Positions 1 to 10,852 of a stretch of DNA of 41,076 nucleotides are shown here, piece after piece. The position numbers and the translations under genes are program-made. The notes under the pieces are model-generated. The model ran no database searches, was not told the origin of the DNA, and was given only the letters and a program-made list of their open reading frames with translations. The stretch is taken from assembly GCA_023231475.1 (NCBI GenBank), contig JALJEE010000267.1:1-41076 (forward strand), given 5' to 3'. Numbering within the stretch: the stretch's first letter is position 1; each line of letters starts with the position of its first letter. This DNA comes from Seison nebaliae (Eukaryota).

Positions 1-10
1 ATAGACAATA

Positions 11-255
11 GGGTGAGGAAACTTCCATATTGAAAAAAATGGGTGAGGAAACTTCCATATTGAAAAAAATGGGTGAGGAAATTTCCATATTGAAAAAAAT
101 GGGTGAGGAAATTTCCATAATGAAAAAAGTGGGTGAGGAAATTTTCATAATGAAAAAAGTGGGTGAGGAAATCACCGTTTAAGAGGGTGAGGAAATCACC
201 GTTTCGCTGCTAATTTTGGAAAATTTTATATAGGGTGAGGAAAAATCCGGCAACC
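11..255. repeat. 30-bp tandem array (GGGTGAGGAAAyTTCCATAwTGAAAAAArT x5) plus shorter GGGTGAGGAAATCACC units; probable subterminal repeats of a Mutator/Phantom-like DNA transposon end
   Basis: Units start at 11, 41, 71, 101, 131 and 161, with progressive point changes; further core copies near 185 and 233; ends in GAAAAATCCGGCAACC. The transposon assignment is inference from the repeat style. Confidence 0.75.
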
Positions 256-616
256 TGCTTTCCACGTTCACTCAATCTTTTCTCATACTATAATCGCTAC
301 TACGATTTACCACGAGATATTCTCCTTCCCGATTTTAAGGACTTGATTTTTTCTTACGATCCGATCACATCTTGTCCAATTAATCAAAAAACTCTTATCG
401 ACTTGCACCACTTGATTAACGTTGATGAGGACCGGAATATTTTTAAGTTTGTTTCTAATTTATCCCTACGAGAATTTTGATAATAAATAATAATAATAAT
501 TAAATTTTGTTTTTTATCTTTTTTTAACATTAAATTCTTTGCTGTCTCTTGTTCCTCTTCCTTTTTTCTCCAGATTACGTCTGGAATCCAATGAAGAGAG
601 AATGAATTCATTCACC

Positions 617-759
617 AAAAACGTCACGAAATGTCTAATTTCAATGACAAAGGGTGACGAAATCACCGATTTTCTTAAAATAAGGAGATGAACTGTCCGT
701 TTGAAAAGCGACAAATTGTCCGAATCTGAAAAGAAAAGGTAACGAAATCACCGTGTACC
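617..759. repeat. Second degenerate cluster of related GGTrACGAAATCACCG motifs, possibly another transposon terminus
   Basis: GGGTGACGAAATCACCG near 652 and GGTAACGAAATCACCGTGTACC near 738-759 resemble the core of the 11-255 array. Confidence 0.5.
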
Positions 760-1044
760 AAATCATGAAACGCATTATTCGACTGATTTTTCGCTTTCAA
801 TTTCTGAAACGTTTTCTGTTTGTCTTATTTCCTATATTTGTGACTCTCTCAAGATTTATATTGCGACTACTAGTAATTTAACTTTTAATAACTTCTTTAA
901 GGAGTTATATAATGTAACTCTCATAAAAAAAAGATAATTATCTTTTTTTTATCCAGCTTACTCTAAGAGGATCAGATGTAAATAAAAACAAGTAAAAAAA
1001 AACATTTTTACTTTCTTTTTTGTTTTTTTTGTTATCTAAATATT

Positions 1045-2859
1045 ATGGAAAATTTAAAAGAAAAATTGGAGGTTGTTCGGAATCCTTATGATGAGCCACC
1101 TACAATTTCAAATTTTAATGGGGTATGCCTGTCTATAACCTTTCTGCAGATGATAATATTCAGTCCACACTTGTTAAGTATACTTGCTGAAAAATCTGAA
1201 TGTGATGAAGAAGTCTGTAAAACGTTAAATCAAATTAATTCATTAGAGACATATGACGTTGGTACATTTCCGGGTAATCTTCCTCATGCTTTTTTGAAGC
1301 ACGAAATATTGATTCTCATGGGACTTCATAAAGTGAATTCTTCTTATTCCTCGAAGCACTTACCATATTCATACGGTTGTATATCGGAACATTGCAACGT
1401 CAAAGATGAAAGTGACTGTTTATTTCATTTTTTTAAGTTGTATATAGCTGGAATAGAATGCTCGGTCGATTGGCAAAATAACCCACCAATTTTATTAAGA
1501 AAAACCAATTGTAATGCGCAAAAGCTTGACAAAAATGTTAATGCTTTGGCACGCCTTAACCGTACGGGTCGAAATATAAATTATCCAGAAGAATGTCACA
1601 AACATAAAATTTATATACAAGACAATCAATTAGTTGGACCTCCTCTTAATTCGTGGAACATTTTATTACACCATTTATTCCTTGATCCGGAAGATGTTGA
1701 TGAGCAAGAAATAACAGGGAAAATGTTTTTTCCAGATAAACCTACTCAGGTAGTAAGAGGATCTCAACCCTTCCCAATAATAACTGAGTATATAGAGAAT
1801 AGTGTGGTATATTATCCTACTTTAAAAATGTTATATCTCACCTTTCCCACGCATGTTGAAAATAAATATTATAAATTAAACGGAACATTTGATGAGTATT
1901 TGCAATCTACTAATTATCGTACATTCAACCAAAAAGTTCTTGAAGACTTACCTTGGATCCAAGAAATATGTAATGAAATTATTAATCAATATGATTATCC
2001 CAATATTGTAGTTTTTCCTTTGACTTCAAAGTTTGGACTAACATATAGTTTAAAGTTACACCCTCAAGTTCTTAATCAATTGAAAGTAATAATCACCAAT
2101 ATTATTCAAACAGTAAATGCAAACCCACTGATTAATAAGAATCAACTGGATAATATTTTCCAACCGATTCCTTATAACGAACTCTCTTTAGGAAATCATC
2201 GAATGGAGTTAAGTAATCAATATTGGAATGTAAATACGTTTGCAGACCAAAGATTGTTTCGTAATTTTAACGGAGAAGTAGAGGGGAAAAATTATAAAAT
2301 TTACGGTGTAGGTTTAACAACGTTATCGAGAGCCTTTGAAATTATAAGTCTTACTAAACTTCCTAAAGTAGCGGAAGATCCTAAACTTAATGAAATGTAT
2401 AACGATAATGTTATTGAATTGTACGGTGCTTTTGACGAATTAAATCAATTGGAGGGAAGTGATCTCACAAAACAATTAATTCGGAATAAAGCAATAAGCA
2501 TAATATCTAATGCTGTATATTACGAATTCATTGCCACCATGGAGATACATAACATACATAAGGCCTCATCTCTAAATAAAACGTATGAGAGTATTATTAA
2601 TATACAATGGGTAAGCAAAGGAGAAGATCATAGTTTGGGTGTCGTAAAATCTTTTAGCGATAAGGAGAAATGGTATTTTATTAGTAATGAATTTGTTAAT
2701 GAGATAACTGATGTAAAAAAATTTTTCATCCAAGGTTATAGTTTTAATTACATTAGTGACATATTCTTACATGAAGAAGAATCGTATGGCGTTAAAAATT
2801 ACCTAAAGCAATTTATTAAACCAATTTTGTTGAAAGATTATGAAAGACGAATAGATTAA
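1045..2859 (+). CDS. Intronless 604-aa protein; divergent ubiquitin-specific protease (peptidase C19)-like
   Basis: Long ORF in AT-rich DNA. The N-terminal ISNFNGVCLSITFLQ...SPHL matches the USP Cys box (GLxNxGNTCYxNSxLQ). The C-terminal GEDHSLGVVK...KWYFISNEFV matches the His box (GHY...WxxxxDxxV). The ORF is secure; the family call is moderate. Confidence 0.7.
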   Translation: MENLKEKLEVVRNPYDEPPTISNFNGVCLSITFLQMIIFSPHLLSILAEKSECDEEVCKTLNQINSLETYDVGTFPGNLPHAFLKHEILILMGLHKVNSSYSSKHLPYSYGCISEHCNVKDESDCLFHFFKLYIAGIECSVDWQNNPPILLRKTNCNAQKLDKNVNALARLNRTGRNINYPEECHKHKIYIQDNQLVGPPLNSWNILLHHLFLDPEDVDEQEITGKMFFPDKPTQVVRGSQPFPIITEYIENSVVYYPTLKMLYLTFPTHVENKYYKLNGTFDEYLQSTNYRTFNQKVLEDLPWIQEICNEIINQYDYPNIVVFPLTSKFGLTYSLKLHPQVLNQLKVIITNIIQTVNANPLINKNQLDNIFQPIPYNELSLGNHRMELSNQYWNVNTFADQRLFRNFNGEVEGKNYKIYGVGLTTLSRAFEIISLTKLPKVAEDPKLNEMYNDNVIELYGAFDELNQLEGSDLTKQLIRNKAISIISNAVYYEFIATMEIHNIHKASSLNKTYESIINIQWVSKGEDHSLGVVKSFSDKEKWYFISNEFVNEITDVKKFFIQGYSFNYISDIFLHEEESYGVKNYLKQFIKPILLKDYERRID

Positions 2860-3001
2860 TGTTGTGAAAATATACAACCCCCTGTTAAATTTTTACTAAT
2901 GTAAATTGTCATAAATTACTAATATATGAGAATAAACTACATTTTTAATTGATATAATATTAGTATAGAATTGATAGGGTAATTCAGGAAGCACTTGTAA
3001 G

Positions 3002-3497
3002 ATGTCGTATAAAGTGTGCTATTTATTTGATATAAATATTCATACTTTCTGCTGCGATCTCTACGGATTACAGGCAGCTATATCGTTTTCAATGAAATCT
3101 ATGTACGCTTTGGATCGAGCATATAATCGATGCATTCGAAGTCTGTTAGGTTGTAAACGCTCCTTCTCTAGAGCATTTATGTTCTCCATCGTCGATCTTC
3201 CGCCATTTCCAATTATGTTGGCTAAGCGGTATATTTCTTTACTAGAGAAGATGGATACTTCTGAATTTCCGTCGCCTTCTTTTAACGAATTGTTACCACT
3301 TACGTCTCCTTTATCAATTTTTTGTTCGTATTACACTCTTCCGAAGCCTACTCGGCTGTTCAATGCAAGAAAATTGATAGATCAATTCTCCGTCGATTAC
3401 TTGGTCCCTGATACTCTCAAAAATCAAATACCTAGATGCCTGTGAATTTTTATTTATAATTTACCCTTTAGGGATTTACATTTACAATAAAAAAAAA
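3002..3497 (+). mobile_element. 5'-truncated non-LTR retrotransposon (LINE) 3' end
   Basis: The translation YGLQ...LDRAYNRCIRSLLGCKRS...DLPP resembles the post-RT region of LINE ORF2. It is followed by AATAAA (3486) running into an A tract ending at 3497. Confidence 0.6.
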
Positions 3498-3761
3498 GAA
3501 ATAATCTCAAATGACACTTTCTATATTTTTCAGTATTATCATCATTTAAAACCGTTTTTGTGAGTTCTACAAACACATATGGTAATACAAATTCTATTAA
3601 GAATTATTTTGTCTATTCAAGATCATATTCAAAAAATCATTCTCTCTATTGGTTAAACTCACCATTATTAACTGTAACATTATTGGTTATCCAAAACCAT
3701 TTCTTATTTTCCCAAACGATTTATATAGGAATAAAATTTCTTTTTCTTTTATGAGGTTCTA

Positions 3762-4119
3762 GGAACGTATTTCCGACCTTTCTCTTTTCTCCCAAAAATT
3801 GATAAAACGGAACGTATTTCCCATTTTTTTTCTCTCTCCGTTAATAACATTTTATGTATATAAAGAAATAGGACTCTTCGTATTCTAGTACAATTTCGTA
3901 TATTATTTATATCCGGAGGACCTTTTCCCTTACACATCATGAAAAACTATCTTACTAGGACAAATTATCCAAAAAACTATTTATGTCTAGAGAGTCCTAT
4001 TTGTTTATATTATATAAGGAAAATGTTATTCAAGGAGAGAGAAAAAAAAATCGGAAATACGTTCCGTTTTATCAATTTTTGGAAGAAAAGAGAAAGATCG
4101 GAAATACGTTCCGTTTACC
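3762..4119. mobile_element. Foldback/MITE-like element with ~115-bp imperfect inverted arms
   Basis: GGAACGTATTTCCGACCTTTCTCTTTTCT...ATAGGACTCT (3762-3877) is the approximate reverse complement of AGAGTCCTAT...GAAAAGAGAAAGATCGGAAATACGTTCC (3991-4112). Each arm holds two GGAACGTATTTCC motifs. Confidence 0.8.
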
Positions 4120-5658
4120 AGAAAATATAAGTAACTTGATCGAATAGTTCCTCAAATTTAGCTCGGTTTGAAAAGCAAATTCGTTAAAATGAAATAATAT
4201 TTATGCAAGTCACTTTTTATTTGATTTCAGTTCTATGGGGGAAAGTTTATATGTTTCATTTTTTAATAGATAAGAGCAGACTAACAAGTAAGTTCTTAGG
4301 AGGGGGAAATTCCGAAAAACTGAAATTTCTATCAATCCAACGAAAATCATGTTGGTCTCAACAGAAAACTGATTGATTAATTCTCTTCTTTTGTTGTTTT
4401 TTTCGGCTCTTCGATTAACCGTTTAACGTTATTAAACCAAAATTTAGGTTTACTAGCGAAGTGTTTGTATCTCGAATGTTCACATGACCAAATTTTTGGT
4501 ATGAATTCTACAACTCCACATCTATCCATTCAATTAATGAAAATATGCTTTCCATCACTCCTCAATTACTTTTGATTTTAATTCGTACCAAATTCTTTCC
4601 ATATTGTTATTCTCCCGCTCCAACATCAAAACTAATATCGTTAACGATCCGTCTTTCAACCTTCAGGAGTTTTGTACCAATCCAATGTTTCTATGTTCAC
4701 ATCGCTCATCTCTTTCAATGTATCGGGCTTACAAGTGGCTAATGAGGTACTCATATAGGAAAATAATCGACCCATATTCAACTTATAAATAACCCTAACC
4801 CTATAAATATAATATATGACCGTTGGAACCGGTTTTCTCAAATTAGTTGATTTATATTCTACAATAATTGTTAAACTAAACTACAATTATTTACTATTTA
4901 TATCATATTTACTACAATTTATTGAATTAATTGTAGTACAATTCATGGTTAAAATTCATGGGACATTCTGCAACCAGTAGAAATGACGAAACATTTCTCA
5001 TAAATGTAGCATTCAATTTCTCATTTGACCAAAGATTAGTCATATAAATAACAGAATAAATACCTAGCTTCCCATTATCGTCAAATTGAATTCTGATATC
5101 ACAACAAAATTTACGAAATTGTTTCAAAATTGTATGACGTTTCCCCATAACTGACAAAAACAAGATTAACATGTAATTATTGACCAATTCAATGTCATCT
5201 ATTGTTTTTCAAAATTTTATAACATGTAAAGATTAAAGGTAAAAATAAAATTTAAATTATTTAAAACTGAATTAATACATGGAATGTTCTTAAAGTTCAT
5301 TTGATGACTATTTGTTTAAAGGGTTTTCAAGTTGTTCTCATTCCTCTTAATTCCTTCACTCCATTAGTAAATTTTGAATACTTAGGAGTTTCGAAATTCG
5401 AAATACTTTATTTCAATTTCGGATGTCAGAAATTTGGCTGTTTGACAACTTAATTTAATTCTCATAATTTCATTTGTTCATTTTGCGAGTTGCTTATTGA
5501 AGAATAATAACGTAACGTGTTATTACTTCAGTTATACATGTACGTTTCTAATGAGAAAGAACAAATACAAAGCGAGAACCAAATAATAGTTTTTTAATGA
5601 TTATTTTATAGACTCTTCCTGAAATTAAGAAATTCCATTACAAACTCGAATATAAAAC

Positions 5659-7479
5659 ATGGACGATATTTTCATAGATCAATTGCCGTTGGAGAATGTA
5701 ACGATCTATTCATCATCAGCTGAAATAAAAAAGGTTTATACATCGAAAGTTTTAGAGAAGGGAATTACAAAAATTCGATTTGGTAAATTTCCTCAACAAT
5801 GTAATATCAATTCAACGAGGTTAGTTACTAATTTTGTGTCAATTTATAATTCTATGTAATTGAATAGAATTGAAGGAAGAGGATCAGCGACAATCAATGA
5901 AGTATCGTTAAAAGAAAATTATTTATCGGAGAAGGAATATGCAGAAATTATTGGAGAAAAATTTGAAATGGATCAAACTGAATTGGATAAGAAAATTGAA
6001 GATTTACAAAAGGTAATAGAAGATCTGTTGTGTAAAGAAAATGAACTTAATGAGAAAGTTAATCGATTAAATGCTTCGAAGAATATTGTTGATTCATATC
6101 GAGATAATTTGAATAAAATGCCTCCAAGTGGAACATTACCATTGGTCGCCATGAAACCGGATGAAAACAATACTTTAGATAATTTGAGACAATTTTTGAA
6201 ATTTCAAGAAGATTTTCTAAATAATTATTCAAAAGAAATGAAATCTGTGAAAGATGAGAAAAAGATAATTTCTAATGAACTTTCTGTAAATCGAGAACGT
6301 CTTCGAAAATTGAAGTCTGATGAAAGAATTGTTTATAAATCGGCAAATGTTATTTTGGATGTAAAATCAGAAGGAATTATTTATTTATTTATAACTTATC
6401 AAGTTAATGATGCTCGTTGGGCACCAGAATATGATATTCGTGTCAACAGTGAAGAACAAGAAATGAAAATTGAATATCGCGCTATAATCCAGCAACATAC
6501 TGGAGAGGATTGGAAAAATGCGAAAATTATACTTTCTACTTCCAAACCAACTCTCGGTCTTGCTGAATTGCCGTCATTGAATCCACAAACTATTGAAATT
6601 TTTAAACCATTTCATATAAAATCACGCCCAATGAGAGCAAAAAAGTCAATGGCTGCTTATTCCGCTGTAAGGAATCGACAGAAAAGGGCGTCGGATATTG
6701 ATTGCTTAGCAGAATGTGACGAGTCCATTGATGTACCTTTAATGGCTCCATGTGCTATGCCCGTTATGGAAGTTGTTCAAGGTGAATTTGGTGGAACAGC
6801 TGCACAATTTTTTATTGAACATAAAACAGATATTCCAAGTGATTATGAAGATCATAAAGTATCAATAGCAGTATTGAATCTAACAGCTCAATTCTACTAT
6901 GAGGCTACTCCTAAGATATCATTAAGTGCTTTCCTTAAAAGCTTAGTGACAAATAATACAGAATATCCATTACTCGCTGGAAGTGCCTCAGTTTATTTAG
7001 ATAATAGTTTCATATCTACAACTATGTTGGAGACATTGAATGCTGGAGAGAAACTATCCATATCATTAGGAATTGATGAATCGATTGTGATCAAATATCC
7101 CACCAAAAAAATTCACAAATCATCGAACGGTCTCGTCTACAAGAATACGGTAGAGAAGAACAAACAAGACATTTCCATCTCGAATAAATTTAAGAAAGCT
7201 ATTCGAATAGTCATCTCTGATCAAATACCAATTAGTGGCGATGAAAAAATTAAAGTTCATCTAAATGCACCGAAATTAGATTTAAATAAACGAAATTCAG
7301 TTGGACGAGATGAAATAACAGAAGAACATGATGACATTTTTACTGGGAAGGATAACGAAACAATTAATTCCAATAACATTCTTCGTTGGGTTCTCAATAT
7401 TTCTGGTAACTCTAAGAAGAATGTTTCAATGGAATACACTTTGGAATATCCAATGGATTCAAAAGTTAAAATTAACTAA
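5659..7479 (+). CDS. DUF4140/DUF4139 protein (F37C4.5/MuiA-like), 2 exons, ~590 aa
   Basis: Exons 5659-5819 and 5868-7479 with a 48-nt GT-AG intron. N-terminal VTIYSSSAEI, a coiled coil, then YQVNDARWAPEYDIR, QHTGEDWKN...LSTSKP, PLLAGSASVYLD and LGIDESI, which are characteristic of this family. Confidence 0.88.
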
Positions 7480-8264
7480 TATTTTGGATATAACCCCCAC
7501 ATTTAACTAAATTTATTCATATATTTATTGAATTTTTCAAATTAATTAAACTGATTTACAAGAACGAAAATTTTTATCTTCATTTCTCTTCACCATTTAG
7601 ACAGAATTATATTTTAATTCTCACAAATCATTTACAAAAAGAAAGAAGAAATGGAAATTGCGTAGAGGATATAATAAATGGAGTTTCAATAGAAGATCTT
7701 CAAATTCAAAAAGGGAAAAGACAATTCAAAATCGACAATTCCGGTTAAAGTTTTCCATAGATTAATAAATTGATTTCGATATACGTTAATATTATAGTAT
7801 TGCCGTCTTGTTAATAAATCATCATCATCTTCATTTTCTTTCGTTCATAAATTTCCCTCCGTTTATTATTTTGGATTAAATTAATTTATCATTCGAATGT
7901 CGAGAAGTCTCTACATTTTGTATGTATTTCCGTCTTTGTGCACCAAGGCACCTTCTGCGTAGCAATTTTAAGAGATGAATAATAGTTATTCAATTTAATA
8001 TAGTTTGCAACATCTTTGATCCTCTCTCCTATCATACTGGTCTTATGGCAATAAATGTTAATCGAAGGTTAATCGTACTACAAAATTGTGAAGATCTTGC
8101 CATGTTTGTACATCGACATTTATTACCTCGACATAGTTCACTTCGAATTGAATAATTTTTCCGTAATTAACCTAGGTTAGTTTATTTAGTTTACTAGTTT
8201 TACTTCGTTTATTTGTCCAAATCAGAAAATTGAAAATTGTGCTCACTATTTTGAACGGATAGAT

Positions 8265-8385
8265 CATGGATGTCAAGAGAAAAAAAAACGGTTTTCAGCT
8301 TTCTCTGCAATTTAGAGATCTTCTAATGTAAAAACTATAGGATAACATTATTTTTCTCTTCGTTGCTCCCTACTTGACATCCATG
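8265..8385. mobile_element. 121-bp non-autonomous hAT-type MITE
   Basis: Perfect 13-bp terminal inverted repeats CATGGATGTCAAG / CTTGACATCCATG, flanked by a near-perfect 8-bp duplication GGATAGAT (8257-8264) / GGAGAGAT (8386-8393). Confidence 0.75.
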
Positions 8386-8479
8386 GGAGAGATAATGATG
8401 ATCTATCCGCATGTACTGGTTGCGGGTTGATAAAGGGGAAGATTTCCGGTCGGATTTCTGCATGGTATCTTAAGAATGT

Positions 8480-8755
8480 TGTAATTTTGCTTTTCAACGG
8501 TCAGAAACTTCTGTTTGGTAGAATTCGTTCAACATATCCAATTTTGTGAAGAACTTGTGACCCGCAGCAATCTGTAAAATCTCCTCGATTTTTGGTAAGT
8601 GAAAATGAACTGTCTTACTTGTTAGAGAGAGCATTCAGTGGACGATAGTTGATACAGAGCCGATACTTTCTTTCCTTTTTCGGTACTAATACCATATTCG
8701 ACACCAATTCGCTTTCACTTTCTTCGATGATTCCGATTATGATTTCTTCGATGTT
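8480..8755 (-). mobile_element. Ty3/Gypsy reverse transcriptase fragment (frameshifted)
   Basis: The minus strand reads GIIEESESE...VLVPK...YRLCINYRPLN...FHLPKIEEIL...KFFTKLD, the typical Gypsy RT N-terminal motifs. Confidence 0.85.
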
Positions 8756-8759
8756 CTAA

Positions 8760-9800
8760 TAGTTCACGACACTTGTTTTCTGCAATTTCCTGTTCTCGAA
8801 ACGCAAATCGACGTGGTCTTGGAGTGGCTGATCCGGTATCAGTTTCATGAACAGTTTTCGGAACTTCTGAAAGAACAACATAATCTGAAGACATAAATTA
8901 TCCGAACCATGACACTTCTTCATTTCGAGTTTCGATAGAGCTTGTCTCATTTCACCAATATTTATCTCCACAAACGACGTTTCAACGCCCTTTTCCACAT
9001 TATCATGCTGAATTACAACATCGAGAATCAGAAGTGTAAGAATCGACAGACATCATTTCTTGATAACAGTGATTCATTTTCTGTCAATCTTGATTGACTT
9101 GGGCATCATTTTCTTCAATTAAGTTTTGCGGAGATGCCATCTGCAGGACTACCGACGTAATTCCCGGATCAAACCCAACACATCTCCTTGAGGAATTCGT
9201 TCGTAGTCCGAGAGAAATAGAACTCACGAATATGAGTCCTTTTCGGCCAAAAACTCCCCTCGATGACCTTCTTCAGATCGTTCTTCCTGATTTTAATAAT
9301 AAAAGTCTTTTCTGACCTTACTATATTTTGGCAGTACGGAATTCTTTTTCGTTCCCTCGACTGCAATTATCTGTTTTTTCTTTCTCTTAGAACTTTCTTC
9401 TCCATAGGTTTGTCCTTATGATCGATATTCTTCTCTCCTCCGGAATAGTCCCCAGAATTTTTCTCACTCTTTTTACTAGATTTCATATTAAAATTACGTC
9501 GAGCCATTTTAATATATTTTTAATTTCCTCATCCATGGAAAGAAAAGAAATGTTAGTTAAGATTTTCGATTTCTGTTGATTACAAACAACACATCTCTCA
9601 GCATCACCGTAAAAATTGACGAATAGAACATTGCAAATCAAGATTGCAACATATATGCTGGGGATGAATTAGAAATTCGGTCGGTTGTAAGTTCCTCCGG
9701 ACAAGGATGATCATACCCGACGAACATCTCCCTTTACCATTCGTACTGTTAGGAGGACTGGCTGGAGAAAGAAAAATATAATGCGAAGTAATATCGTTAC
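8760..9800 (-). mobile_element. Decayed non-LTR retrotransposon (LINE) fragments
   Basis: EMRQALSKLEMKKCHGSDNL (like RT domain-0 K.pGpD, ~8890-8960); FIIKIRKNDLKKVIEGSFWPKRTHIREF (ORF1 C-terminal FWP motif, ~9215-9300); GRCSSGMIILVRRNL (APE endonuclease-like, ~9690-9735). Confidence 0.6.
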
Positions 9801-10079
9801 AGGAAAACGGTAATTACGTGACTGTTTTTTTAACAAATGGCGTCAAATCGGAGGATCTCATGGATATCTGAGGAATCCACTGGGTCCGTGACAATTAAAA
9901 GAAAGATAGGAATTCATATCATTGTTGTATCCTTTTGGTTCTCGTTCTTGTAATTCGAAAGACAACCGACAACATGATTATTATTATCCCCAAATGATTA
10001 CACCTGACACACCTCTCCTCAAGGATAGCTGAGGTGGATTTGGAGAAAAAGAATTCTCGCACAAAAGTGTGAATCGTCC

Positions 10080-10586
10080 AATTCACAGGTTTGAAAAACT
10101 TTTCTGAATAAATTAAGAGAAAAGCATTATCACCGTAGATGAAAATCAGAGAGATACATTTATATTCCAGCAGGATAATGCTTCAATCCATCGGAGTAAG
10201 AAGACGATGGAAGCATTATCCAACTGGAATTTTCACTTATTCGAGCATCTCGCGCGCTCACCGGCCCTTAATCCTATTGAAAGTTTGTGGGCAATAATTT
10301 TTCGACGGCTATATAAAGAAATATATATAAGAATAGCCTAGAAAGAGCATGGGCCGAAATTCCCAATGAAATATGTGAAAACTTAGTAAAATCGATGAAT
10401 CGACGTTATTTACAAGTTGTTACTCGGAAAGGGAAGTGGACCGATTATTAAAATTGAATAAAATTCGTTTATATCTATCTTTTTCTCCAATTAAACTAAA
10501 ATGACCGATCATTAAAGAAACTAAAATTATCAGTTTTAGGTAAATGAATGTAAATTGTCATGTCCGAACATTAATGAAACTGACTA
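10080..10586 (+). mobile_element. Tc1/mariner transposase 3' remnant with right terminal repeat
   Basis: FIFQQDNASIH...SPALNPIESLWAII...RYLQVVTRKGKWTDY* (stop ~10451). Terminal motifs GACCGATCATTAAAGAAAC (10503) and GTCCGAACATTAATGAAAC (10562) are shared with the Tc1 end at ~24316-24399. Confidence 0.88.
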
Positions 10587-10852
10587 AAACTCATTAATGA
10601 TATTTTGATATATTAAATATTCACGGACTAATATAATTTGTATTAAATATAGTTGATGATTTATTCAAATTTTTTTAATTTTTAGAATATATATTACTTT
10701 TAATAAAAATCATTGTGATTACTTTTAATATGAACTAAATAAATGATAGACGTTATGTAGACATAAATGTGAGTATATGAAATTTATTCAAAGGTAAGCT
10801 TAGAACATATCATTATAATATAGAATCTGCACTACTTTAATTGAGGAATAAA

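Noticed and set aside
11..204. CRISPR-like repeat array
   Set aside because: Units are near-identical along their whole length with no unique spacers, there are no cas genes, and the context is eukaryotic.
1..4119. USP-like gene captured within a Pack-MULE
   Set aside because: The left repeats and the 3762-4119 foldback are different sequences and do not form an inverted pair around the gene.
4790..4802. Telomere-like TAACCCTAACCCT
   Set aside because: Only two units; not enough to call an interstitial telomere.
5659..7479. Stop-codon readthrough joining two in-frame ORFs, or recent bacterial HGT of DUF4139
   Set aside because: The TAA at 5857 lies within a 48-nt GT-AG intron. The family is already known in animals (C. 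elegans F37C4.5).
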